Assembly (NCBI GenBank): GCA_023247055.1
Contig: JAHFHF010000005.1
Coordinates: 18,985-82,984 of the forward strand
DNA from: Candidatus Omnitrophota bacterium
Lineage (GTDB): Bacteria > Omnitrophota > Omnitrophia > Omnitrophales > Aquincolibacteriaceae
DNA: 64,000 nt
Reading direction: 5' to 3'
Position 1 is the stretch's first letter; the number at the start of each line of letters is the position of its first letter. Shown one piece after another: positions 21,001-24,571 of the stretch. The notes beneath the pieces are model-generated. The model searched no databases and was not told the DNA's origin. It saw only the letters and a list, made by a program, of their open reading frames with translations. Both the position numbers and the translations under genes were made by a program.

Positions 21001-23757
21001 TTGATTGATTTAGAAAAATCATCAGAGCGGAACCTGCGAGCTGCTGAGGGTGAAAGGCCAACGCTTGACGCACTGCTGGATGCCCAGGTTACAGGGTATT
21101 TAAAGGAGTTTGGATTGTACGGTACCGTGGACTTCGCTTTAGATGGTTTGAAAATTGGACTGCGCCCACGGATCAATTTATGGGTAGAGGTGGGAGTCGA
21201 CCGTGCGGAGTTTGAGAATCAATTGAGCCGCGATGAAGCCTTTTTTACATATAGAAAAGAAAAGAAAACGTTGAATGATATTTTAGTTTTTTTATTGTTT
21301 CATTCCGATGGCAGTCCGCGTGCTGAAACCGAAAGAGAAGCGCTGCTTGAATACACGATGCAGCGCATCGCCGATCTTCAATCTAAAAAAATAGCTGAAC
21401 CCGCAGCCCGCCGCTCTGAAGTGCGTACTGCTCAGCCCAGCACGGCCAGTGACGTTTCTATATCGAATATCCCAGAAGGTTCAAGACGGATTGTCAAAGA
21501 TGGGAAAACTCTTTTTATCACACCGCAAGCAGACCGGGAAATGCAAAGGCTTGATCAACTTGTCGCCGAACGATCGATTGCAGCTGAGTTTTTTGGTTTT
21601 GGTTTGACGAAACAAGTGGAAGATGCTGCTGTTGTCATCGATTTTGTTGTTCCGGAAGCCGTGTATGATTTCGAAAGTCTGTTTTTCGATCAATATCTTT
21701 CGCCGTTGAGAAATGCGTTGGCGCAGTCAAAAAACCTGAAGCTTGCTCTCAGAGAAGACAATGTCGCGCTTATTTCCGATGATGAGAAATATACCTTTGT
21801 ACTCAAAGTCATTGGGAATGAGGCTGCCGGTTGGGCGTCCATTCGCTCTCATATTGAGAAGCTAACCGGCAAGGATTTGCCGGAGGATGTGACGCAACTA
21901 AAAGACCTTTTGAAGACAGACTCTATTGCGGTCAATACAAACTGGGATATGGTAACTTCCGTATCAGGTTTGATACTTACAGAACATTTTGTGAATCGGG
22001 CAAATCAAAGAGCTGAAGAATTAGGCGCCGCGGTGGGGTTTACGATGCATCACCATCCGCAAGTAAGTCTGGCTGTTTTGGTGATGTCTGAGAAACCCTT
22101 GGATAAACGGCGCCTCTATTTTAACGATTTACTTAGGCCGTCTTCCGATGATTTGACAACGATGAAAAGATTGGGCGTTGATTGGTTCGAGATTCGAGCT
22201 TTGGGAACGCCCGAAGATATGGCCTCTCGATCAAAAATAACAAGTGCTTTTTACAGCATTGCTGAAGTCGACCGGTTAGGCCAGCCGGCGAAAGAGGTTA
22301 TCGGAAAACTGCTAGCGCCTGAGGCCCAACAGATTCTGCCACAAACAATGACTGCACTAGTGATTCAATTTTTGAAATCAACGGCAAATCTTTCAGATGC
22401 GGGTTATGACGTTCAAGAAGTCATTAAGTATTTAGCAGGAAAAGAAATAGTTTTACGGTATCAGAGAGAACTGGATGACAATAAAAATATCCGGTCGATA
22501 AGAGATCTGGTTTTGTCTGCTATTTTTTCCAAGGAGCCTCTTTCTGCCGTAAACGACTTAACGCCTGAAGTTCTAGCCCTCCATGTCGAACTAAAAACTT
22601 TTGATCTTTATCAGCGGGTTTTAGCGGCCAACCTGCAAAGCCCCGAAGATAGGCAAGTACTGCTGGACATAGATTTTTGGCATCTCCCTAGAGAAAAAAA
22701 CGTCACAAAAATCAGAGACAATGTAAGCCGGCTTCAGCAATTATTAACTTCCAGTAGTCCCAGTTCCATTGCCGAAAGTTCTGGCCCTGCGGAACAAACC
22801 TCATCCCGCTCCGAAGTGCGGGAAGCCGCGGCTAACCTGGATGAGCTCAAGGTGACGGCGGAGACGCTTGGGAAATTTGCGGCCAGTGGAAAGATTTCAT
22901 CGCAGGAATTCTGGGAGAATGTGGCGCTGAAGCTTGAGCAGATGGAAAAGAGCGGGGCTTCGCTGGATGAGATGACGCGTTTTATTCGCCGTAAGGTCCA
23001 TGCCTATGTCGAAAGCTATCGTTCGGAAACGAAGACGGTGGATGCCGATACAGTCGATCTTCTAGCGGATATGCTGACGAATGTTATCAAGGCGGCATTT
23101 GAAAATCGCAGCGAAGGCGGCGTGGCGATTGGCTGGGCGGTAGGGTCGCAGGATGGACCTTCGCGGCTGTCGGCTGTTTTGAACATGATCGCACGGTTCG
23201 GGCAAACCGGCGCGTTGGAGCGGGTTGTCTTTGCTGGGGAACGCGGCGCCCGGCAAGCGGTCAATAGCGCTGTGCAGCGGCACAACGATCTTGGCAATGT
23301 GAAATTGACATCCATGCCGGCGCTAAACCGCGGCTTGGATGCCTTTTTGGCAACGCAAATGGTTTTACCGGCTATGCATGGCACGGAAGACTTGAAGGGG
23401 ATTGCAGATATTGTGTTGGGTGTCGGGCTGAGACCTGATTTGGGCGCAGAGCCTTCCGAAGCTGATCTTGCGCTGATTGAGATGGCGCAAACGATGGTTC
23501 AAATCACCGTGGCTATCCTGCTGGCTCAGCAAGTCGATGCGCCTGGAAAAGTGATAACGCCCGAATTTTTAAAAGCATCGCTGCTGGATAAAATTCTGGA
23601 TGTCAAAACTTTCCGGCTGAGCGAGCAAACGGTCAATGGCCTGCTGCAGCTTGACTCCAAAGGCCGCCTAGTTGTTTCGCAAAACGGGGTCTTTAACTTG
23701 CTCCGGGCCATGCAGACGGCCATCGCCGCGCGCCAGGCTGCTGCCAAAGCCGCGTAA
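1..23757 (+). CDS. Giant modular protein 1 (>7,900 aa, 5'-truncated by the window), segmented by RSE[VMI]R motifs
   Basis: Frame 1 is open from base 1 (TAT, so the true start is upstream) to TAA at 23755-23757. It contains 14 RSE[VMI][RQ] motifs plus one RAEVR, and unrelated motif-bearing segments (HTHP..S..D, HEALH, HETQH, DYLFGGRD..IDNE, DTHFNN..VDL, RGQG, HHHP..PSSDD). Confidence 0.9.
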   Translation, partial: YVLLALQQRFPDQFPQAAAEKLSGFFQSYQQQTPSRPAKKGDIIAFGAFESPQQFQDYIDFKDELLFAVVPAPGNWRFQDHAYEFMAQRNKGRMEMTFYRGDGTIDENRTADDKLLESGLLTKGNIIFVLRGTPNGISMPPIFPRVAGRMGHTHPPDTVIPGESENDSLTYLANHQELGITRRNLLSARSEVRHTPDEIGAKMAEARRLIAGNQIQQAEDTLLELFESSRQEWDARQTYKDETAKTEVKGDVGDLLHLAELALAAAVALEDSETPKAKKRAWNPFHSFEYFYLIARSPEVVPFLRENHAAFQQMGLYAGSYISKMNELQNQETQSRQYGGEPPEKLLQNSNLVSPHFFALAKNVSRRLHGELTFENGENPFRGLLRLNGEFSGTTAHFPDHQALEFLISHASILLELSAPALAGYLQYLAHYIAKTMQTDGYYETEINRGNEDLPRIQVYRNPLASLSILQGLFSIQNDSQDQKTNRAINYLRIMSLYVSLDQPDSILQVLDEVLPELSKVEKKDRDVFAYTLLRIYRSNLTENQKAEAVRRAGSSFHVKKIIGDISNEQALEILNRLARLDAQSALPRMIPETTPEFYSRHAELLTAFEGLPAAEQDALANFLYEEFADRNLTEASLKALLSPQAVSFYARHGRQSELLVSFIARFPGQLEAITREGSEFVALMLQLIQLDPKFSKGYISFLHYSEQSEYLQTTEVLERWIQLVKKEPKGAEQVFALLRKRPELAPAILFGGISESLMQMKPDVRASYVDAAGNRSAETSAEWVAPAIAEIAAVLKGRAEAEAFNKRFTQDEAFRTLTLDEAMRAPLIENLARQPVATQASYLRNVTPDILQDPAMADFQVRLDAIEDAELKGEILEAISKNKVFRDYLMQGGLGFLIELIQSSPDANEGLNRAQGYVLILRYDSSGALTVADYQSIQGKYGGLLTDAEVPLSFSAEILRLARNQPALIGHIDLTLLRELHNQLGELFDDFINIACEDPPVLTEMHFHSMLRSLRADSSIAGDRWLAAAKPNYRNRHRFALQLLEPPKNRFPTSAQMADLLLALRRSDNAGGVDFFERHQAAVKQIHPQILQRLGRMQQPPQEIFDAAALETLAQFSNPAAAQLLLEEINYLAYALKQGKIDASTAAAMRNKITALIQNPAVLNADEKKIDLIKQWLQQAREHAQVHAMGLHFIFNLEFDADVMKELLKGWRGEKFYLDLFDETVLTMLQNAKTEFGSGLTDSILAAASGERDVTYLKTADYYRNIRQKILFLFAADGFKQFPARATNDAALKLIRIDPETLKASLQNLKAWLGNEVIDAQLAQGQFQVLNQWVAFESQMTQAGHGTDLKDHLTRAPPELDRSEYFTVLSGLHLELVGMLINLDKDKAPEDKKIERNWQENLAALKTLDELYRGLLALKQGQTAVDHAIAHQFVQRLLKTGERGLVKEAQLFVRGLKAGVVPVALVSAFLARAAATGNNEFTKRVHILKVLGELLQIHSSITKVKALEGVSAKIVQIVNLFLKAEKAEIGQVRRLHQKLLARLLSAVTGENKISEPAASALSKDLSLLPKILTIITLYYSLEKHGQGRIQDLKDHLQTQLREFILTGDRARIRKAILKTEANQIIMKKLTESGYDLRLLEEGFEIEAVAASWDEKEKEDEVKATIRQLSHDIIEIAARLGFQQQVEGAAAVSQFDHASDAQDFVTAMAQQFPNNPALVQADIVVAQMREVEERAQKEIRAKRSEKIRVVVRKDFLDEASAGGYDYLGSTVPGCFSPNGAHQERPPQTSADAGGTFAIAYDEAGRMIANVDLAFTDKGVVVYTAYSSRADLNLDPVWFKVWQVLSKLAPAVILDPAHRSAGVKEASKQNQPEKNVTAEKLGSQGSMYFDFGRSDAAGKLSYAFSEAIVLRSAQFPEVQSPFLDSKEALPASTASAAQTGKKEDARETVQPVEKLDPKKLNDEEQRKVKKELFDLGLKDIDFAPILRNLNEIILTPGFDLARLLSELKTRPASRGAQPGIPTQNDLEALKRKILELQAEHRIPRGFEEFAEIVQREAPRLRSLRGNARQEELLRILQNTLSETRGVDLSRRPSREVGAIPSRFIENAQLQIESQAAEALTSRLDEARGLLGAASPQEEEQDLIEILFGEYIPQASEVVLSGELIMENGQARLEIKQPGETLAILDQNRVPQGQRTLQFEIYVRQGNLHMEIVDLVASDSSEALRFYANFAQWAQFVSNHLQVPLVIEHETAIFSGRASRFGFHQIKQAQSLIKDNWIKKIQPLLAELGIPGENFATHGVNLDNFRYYEGIITPRPLTGRSEVRTAPEHAARALLHQTKIETRQRHESSRRAFLTALGAAAAGVFIAGDHFSPKEKMNPWRIAVEPEISIDPNVLVENQQAAAVQKIQQWRNDLQRELKEVNTDPETKEIAGELARILGQTAVVYRDQDYPESEPTRIIVDHRAMQGRAQFYISVIHEALHHYYNRNQMLLPETEMVSGFQTAHDLEFYLWPGEEGWVIKQTNVLSAALGIFPEFLKASNADEILYFNGDWLTLPAIAERIQGGHEVAERAALLVKFLPLIAQGQELFFLNQASQKNRQAAEQLLVDILPKNSALDPIIRAALEPALKLNAWLKQNGALSYPRRSEMRGAAPEDESIAETAAASVFQDFISGRSGGKISGRDRQRDLRLLRLVGTRVLAAMPSSVDSKDKSVLLNNFLSRIAMDMVSPEAIRRYLGELSYVLAQAETRLGSGDAGKKVINEIMKAQGRLLPFIQNENSDGQRFYTPEPYRGIENFRRFFDFVFEGWDKTGTGRKGYAANGSVLIHFALETAREKGFSTRQLETRGWRQLLPFLRLNQINFGGQVYRLGKAEILNGAVTTEFAEGRNFIFRADLEDAAGVAQKQILVKLGVKNPEFDEVVTEMARTMGLKTYAVERFDAGEEADKDGFHPIALQLIEFVPSQIVFAQGQDGDGRKISYPNLSPLKTLEAGAKTQALEELGEHLALDYLFGGRDSMMKHFLLTREGRFIKIDNEFLFEYSATPQYPRLAGTLEAQSDFWDFLAALKEGPPMEGWDSEAAIRHGFDRVLTKIAFNDGGAKERLFKIIETRRTSAQQDSLSLDAIKRGIEQRAGHSYEFLKSIAKSARSEMRSIPRIPIPDAVRGETSDSSTSPRGRRPVTRRTFLGLGMWGGVLLTSFSVAKYFGSETERQKKIRESRQRREKQEKIPSKTPWDKFPLDDVKRSDTEKIRQSLQVTLDWLIQTGYGEADILDEYAGYLAQARPGEGLYHSLMSKSFHLKKGIEIEFNERHLLELIRQVKNSESLDLFVVTLAAMIMRESLGLQIMMHAQKPLEEIAKGTEKLELARRKRMPADEMNMYSQPLREFLSQNENEIDRLLALSFAFEYLEAEAEWNFYAAASARNDFSVQGANEALNTVNARALALADRLRVSADSASLLMETQGDDFLIFRSQLAGMTVEKYQLLKQGELARKRKELPEANFLLVNYGTFMEVNRFQPAEEPGKQVGLSPAIIGSMERREWPDFDGFTPYAKRLWPQFHTAVAQLRKDLPFAHALFEAQKKDLLRRMKRLGSDLKPLLDRKSRPEAPLFDGGAKAGNAASVRSEMQFVTPDSSTSPPGRRPVTTDEILKTIISKARSEIRKTLIFAAVVSGGALLAAVGYLKWPSIQRWFESRKSPEEPSSGRRDFLKQALAAASAAALKPSRGLLGVLSPALKPEFTIKTAMGQVAQEEAVSWIKIVTGIETTPSVLPPILSPNKSVVEFVKAIEVEPISSWENLVPPGYEHLLGPSLGGMSDLRTVMINEFIGRLAEKKLSNGRSPLENFGIYEPLGSGRRTYTVAGETYTDYGLTFELRDIADLIKQHLPDGFEDAAWTDAALDRAVSHFAQALTTNPALQNQVRKFRQVKTQERSRKLQQRRDGEENLVMLKKQLAVAERSRRDFANGVGFDGMRDFRTDIDELDDRIKKLTDQIRWEETYVLTLKTALSARSEMRGTAAQQPTLASIFLILGRVSRMASSSVVTLFSMAPSLSLTSVISRQSEATFSLIKDWFDSNLSIRTPTSVAEKFLSFMKRTLLDLRRGVNINFINNLFNKKPNSLSATGRWNMPERGFARSEMRTPRPSPEWERLETLLRKQPTIDIAYTNDFKQLPASQRAELFRKVLYNEYNLSTQGSHAAILNMPIPSAWVVQVRSLIYGMQDAESVSVFLRALQDPSLDLSGFFDAAGLQLSDLLREKPEIILQSLSEQALSLSGLVDLVIQQQASGLVVWLRDLLMHPEVPRAQKFAAMRRIYEKSIVLLNESRPLTPGLETLLPGAMISWELSQSDSEPSVTTQDLKERGRKIRLERLMALNDIFQFVASFIRQNVAVRYSDVENALRTHPEISLKFINLPLAVRAKILSKVALFFHNKYLAKELFEDARRRYSLEDYERMAKNIEALSRDLKQAYRDGAAGDVKLLRSQIRYVRKSLKWLHEKRVAAFYQELTGRKEIPEIIYLELGDASLIVRTDFKSLQKLVDSPQIAKPVEQSVFSQFLSQFSEDRPVPDKNKLRELLAEFPRYIVENFQNEMIAYLAGGTELRYRNFDDLILFYRDNYADWLKKYLERTLYQDAATRTQKQELAALISEIWQGPEWNTVYQQLKNAKALLDQLVDAKATLLFHQSENGAAFEKTTARRKAYLEAGTSIMGILQFVPLSRLAPLQDLLEEYEKQIQTQNISPKQRLRDREQPSMVKAGKERSFQTSGFYSDGIIYTPLESESLVIDHETQHLIHGLYTSDHVRGILPSQGEFNEQLYEALKHTKAARSEMRTASRDQDIKGEDLTVKGTSAENFVMDGENSSIERLRNLLWSENDPRRRLGQYPVIIQDYDANRPGSGKVILRSDDDDVATMPFVPDDPFWDEINAQLNGGISPDHLRRMEDKAGKPIDKFLRSVKFFVLPVFILIFIDGVLGGPVIGRAPWIMANFERAMVMLILSTAVTSLGATGIFYAKKWFLGRRTNRKKSAEKIIVRKIVSSSNDVSEGVGSAKPAARSEMRLPARAEVRTGSMAERIAKERLHRQDVLEQFREMRRDLSTRTTIRKQVGPDIWEDRKMTEADREKEARRLDRQVQYAQQRFLLDSDALIAKQLAVKDSFAALKGHQSGAFGDKARFRHDFEFAVSNRLGSLFNETPPSDADLLFVQEALKQIPEEISRRPRWIADDQGNVYSYISGGGERSYYANEQTGEGVYVYGYQPHYPNVALKHLQLYIAIINRLRAAPEFQNSKFAIPEYEVVVLHQPGFEQNFYGLKTRHIPGTLAGADTTRYRAKVDAFVTLAKRLLHDMLYAGYLVDDGENALGKPDTHFNNFIESGGTFYGVDLITMSDIIKGADSLARDLGIQSLPEKEDLPAYLQSPTAEKIKELFFQAVKDYQNIPRSDAGTETGLSISDRLLIAREKLAVFTQELVKKWLEGAYDEPGVKPVELGSLDKPEVVQLKRLIDGNRMGDATSYVADKEHPLFPYLLYLVQSDSLPVPAGFAGEAPSMKATLLEQLQNGALTKGNLNLGDYFRDYRDWDQYGFIRKETVVAIELRNEFLKGLVRERLFSGLVPAALDSLDKLSAQSGVEIPSEIREEFTTALWKYVDLEMQQQWWSVSSERFGPLDSVIIEKIRASSRSEIRIGAALQRALAKKRSPEKRAEYLRDLANGLDDFSKFLLMDVTYGEIQRTSHPPGIARIKENVESYARARVEMLLRFDEETRRRIVGASATEDNGPNNEYALRSFFKAVEVFEKLLGADYDPAGLREYLVKILTYYFTGAEFEKRWSNDAQDLQAIVEGEAFDAGFNEITYEKISTGTFSYTHKPTDEWLGYDSRVVLKYTDEVSQRNEFYRLTGFYPENVHDKQDLFAPPYFYYSQLIKAHVNPRDQDLTVVYGDLRYNSNIAILLMQTNAAKAYLPARNKGTLEEAQAALESWDFEEIRTRAEGLARPVNAPLSLGGFTQQVAYGKNFAKAVVNELKGLGLKKEDVHVSRDEKGRLVFKFPWGYPGTQEKKIRTIIFSDTDLIDEGERKSFIQTLAGETIHLYYEHPGQINLSGESLEAKNEYPALLADMANLLPPDGRIVTGQYDSWGGRIEDRGGNDESAGRNVLAQSFVPEDLSRSAQWWSRGIPEAHRLGFGGNTRIFKRSGGAVVSPETARPSLEQILPHREQPLRFAGDTRIDFKAVPDTNYFLAYVKQLTEGAKYLKAFVDAVNYPGEVLNADANGRIANDPDQLIQEAFDHIVRIRQGEEQANRGRKELGFDSKNDFNDLSRPENLVAMMSYLAFGEVLPWDNADDTLKGRLQKAQSLARLFDEALPPTEDVENAALQTIAYKDSKRARGILLETVAVFALIEEMILDFESKGEGTDKSLTFDQFIQAVQNELKEIKETWGNKPRALARTEDKKGRKRLRRTQQEESLVHILIEDDLKGIKQLAERALNMAFGYRPQDQGTVVTLPRSEVRSIVNEGLPETYPGRDIFSAKNILEGTPLWEKLKEFNHGKYPAVINVSAQSTKAAKESFDRQVQHLDKKEIVYVYFQIENKGRITHLVNVDEVQAIDSENPAPLGRHPFVLAWIEDSIAQNLHFTRVSLGKNDSGQANDPLRGQGLMKPVFGRMESLIKSRFQGWTISSLALDESGSVQKFLSHFSGVRHITTAQEVLLDDRGYEKISEGDPQRWGKFVMGRIAAGRDRLDQPAAYGEDNKQLENFLNERISEIQARLAHLREDVQHRLAVLQANWDQERSDAPRKASRVISAMIDLMRGDPARVLMLEDIERDHQRKGLDYGQEQTRHLEKALLGRIEYKQKIIKNSIVSPVIVLERQLHFFEAALRSLQGGEDAAGASFKAEQNAERLFDKLAETGYVGAWNFELRAKDKTGREVERWSEAETLVLEVRLKTDVVGQIALDRTQLQLAGDIYKVLGEKLASLKPADLTGAQESFRAFFLKDLAQLSQSESADITRNTRDREEIAFDMASRVLVGFSKKIVLIDLEKSSERNLRAAEGERPTLDALLDAQVTGYLKEFGLYGTVDFALDGLKIGLRPRINLWVEVGVDRAEFENQLSRDEAFFTYRKEKKTLNDILVFLLFHSDGSPRAETEREALLEYTMQRIADLQSKKIAEPAARRSEVRTAQPSTASDVSISNIPEGSRRIVKDGKTLFITPQADREMQRLDQLVAERSIAAEFFGFGLTKQVEDAAVVIDFVVPEAVYDFESLFFDQYLSPLRNALAQSKNLKLALREDNVALISDDEKYTFVLKVIGNEAAGWASIRSHIEKLTGKDLPEDVTQLKDLLKTDSIAVNTNWDMVTSVSGLILTEHFVNRANQRAEELGAAVGFTMHHHPQVSLAVLVMSEKPLDKRRLYFNDLLRPSSDDLTTMKRLGVDWFEIRALGTPEDMASRSKITSAFYSIAEVDRLGQPAKEVIGKLLAPEAQQILPQTMTALVIQFLKSTANLSDAGYDVQEVIKYLAGKEIVLRYQRELDDNKNIRSIRDLVLSAIFSKEPLSAVNDLTPEVLALHVELKTFDLYQRVLAANLQSPEDRQVLLDIDFWHLPREKNVTKIRDNVSRLQQLLTSSSPSSIAESSGPAEQTSSRSEVREAAANLDELKVTAETLGKFAASGKISSQEFWENVALKLEQMEKSGASLDEMTRFIRRKVHAYVESYRSETKTVDADTVDLLADMLTNVIKAAFENRSEGGVAIGWAVGSQDGPSRLSAVLNMIARFGQTGALERVVFAGERGARQAVNSAVQRHNDLGNVKLTSMPALNRGLDAFLATQMVLPAMHGTEDLKGIADIVLGVGLRPDLGAEPSEADLALIEMAQTMVQITVAILLAQQVDAPGKVITPEFLKASLLDKILDVKTFRLSEQTVNGLLQLDSKGRLVVSQNGVFNLLRAMQTAIAARQAAAKAA
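9481..10907 (+). repeat. 44-bp direct repeat (9481-9524 and 10864-10907) encoding T-x-DSSTSP-x-GRRPVT
   Basis: acgtcagactcatcaacctctccccgcggacggcgtcccgttac vs acgccagactcatcaacctctccccccggacggcgtcccgttac; 2 mismatches; each copy lies shortly after an RSEM motif. Confidence 0.9.
12021..12242 (-). CDS. Small 73-aa coiled-coil protein encoded antisense inside giant ORF1
   Basis: MKDKNFSATEVGVLIERFESNQSLISEKVASLCLDMTEVKDRLGAIENKVTTLEDAIRLTLPRIKKIEAKVGC*: heptad-like, charged and natural-looking. The + frame here reads like Ser/Phe-rich shadow translation. A promoter lies directly upstream. Confidence 0.75.
   Translation of the reverse strand: MKDKNFSATEVGVLIERFESNQSLISEKVASLCLDMTEVKDRLGAIENKVTTLEDAIRLTLPRIKKIEAKVGC
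12250..12312 (-). promoter_or_regulatory. sigma70 promoter (probably leaderless) with AT-rich UP element for the embedded antisense gene
   Basis: Minus strand: TTGACT (12278-12273), 17-nt spacer, TAAAGT (12255-12250), 7 nt, ATG. An almost pure A/T tract lies upstream (12279-12312). Confidence 0.7.
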
Positions 23758-23775
23758 TTTCAAAGCGCTCGTAGG

Positions 23776-24019
23776 TTACTCGATGATGCGAATGTGGCCC
23801 GTCTTTTGGAGTACGATCAATCCTTTGATTTTTTCAGCGGATAGTTGAGTTAGCAGATTTTTGATCGCTTCAACCAAAGTATCTGCATAGGGCGGGTGAA
23901 TTTGGACGTGCAATTTCAATATCAGGCAAAGAAACTTGAACGCGTACGCAATCATGGCCTAATTGGGAAAGTGTTTTAAGAATTTTTACCGGCACATCCT
24001 CGTCGATCAGGAATTTCAT
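23776..24019 (-). pseudogene. DUF5615-type PIN-like toxin, internally deleted/frameshifted
   Basis: The N-part MKFLIDEDVPVKILKTLSQLGHDCVRV..PDIEIAR is in one frame and the C-part VQIHPPYADTLVEAIKNLL..KGLIVLQKTGHIRIIE* is in another. The central ITxDxDF segment is missing. Confidence 0.65.
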
Positions 24020-24077
24020 TACAAAGGCCGGTTAGCGGGTTTGCTGAAAAGGGAAGAACTCTTGATTTTTGGCGTAC

Positions 24078-24215
24078 TCCGACTTTTTTGAGATGAAGCG
24101 AAGGGTGCTGCGGATTTGTTTTTAGTAAATTAAACTTCTGCCGTGCGAGTGTCTGAAGGTCTTTGGAGAGTTTGTGATGGCCCTTCCAAAAGGATGGGCT
24201 GGCAAAATGCCTCAT
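24078..24215 (-). pseudogene. Truncated RelE/ParE-like toxin
   Basis: MRHFASPSFWKGHHKLSKDLQTLARQKFNLLKTNPQHPSLHLKKVG, then unrelated sequence; the expected C-terminal half (SVRVG..YRAL..WFWIG) is absent. ATGA overlap with the upstream antitoxin. Confidence 0.7.
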
Positions 24216-24409
24216 AATTCTTGGCAATGGCCTTTTTTGAAATCTCCCAGGGCTTTATTGGCGACGGCGTCAAGTTTTCCAGCTTTAGCGTCCTTTTCAA
24301 ATTGCTTATCCCACGTACGCGCATCAAATTTGTGAAACCAAGTTCGAAATGCGGCCAACTTTTGTGCGGGTAATTTCGTAATCGCGTGTTCTATGTCTCT
24401 AATCGTCAT
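24212..24409 (-). CDS. Putative antitoxin (65 aa) of the RelE/ParE-like pair
   Basis: IEHAITKLP..FRTWF..WDKQFEKDAKAGKLD pattern typical of small antitoxins preceding ParE-like toxins; translationally coupled to the toxin. Confidence 0.75.
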   Translation of the reverse strand: MTIRDIEHAITKLPAQKLAAFRTWFHKFDARTWDKQFEKDAKAGKLDAVANKALGDFKKGHCQEL

Positions 24410-24486
24410 ATAGGGTCACTCCTTATGCAAATATTCTTTTAAAATTGTATCATGCGAGCGCATTCTGGAGGATGGCTTTTTCGACG

Positions 24487-24525
24487 AGGGCCGGGCCCTT
24501 TTTCGGGCCCGGCCCTATCGTTTTT
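24487..24525 (+). terminator. GC-rich hairpin followed by a T tract, upstream of PEPCK
   Basis: AGGGCCGGGCCC-tttttc-GGGCCCGGCCCT perfect 12-bp stem, then atcgttttt. Confidence 0.45.
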
Positions 24526-24571
24526 CCGTTTCTTGCGGCATTTCCAGCCCTCTGATATCATACCTCCCGCT

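Larger units (their letters stand above)
564..22821 (+). repeat. Dispersed in-frame 16-bp repeat CCGCTCCGAARTGCGG (= x-R-S-E-[VMI]-R), 14 copies + 1 degenerate
   Basis: First-Arg codon at 565, 6952, 7924, 9424, 10843, 10945, 11995, 12367, 14428, 15106, (15130 RAEVR), 16966, 19423, 21412, 22807. All are in frame 1 and in the same orientation. Confidence 0.92.

Noticed and set aside
564-22821. Classical integron attC sites or inteins as the explanation for the delimiters
   Set aside because: No RYYYAAC..GTTRRRY boxes and no integrase seen; no C/S..HN intein termini at the motif.
4084-23115. Additional RSE-containing strings (DRSEY, KRSEK, YRSET, NRSEG) as delimiters
   Set aside because: They lack the [VMI]-R half and the DNA consensus; counted as chance.
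532-23747. Numerous short minus-strand and off-frame ORFs inside giant ORF1
   Set aside because: Shadow-like composition with no promoter/RBS or family motifs noticed; only 12021-12242 has independent support.
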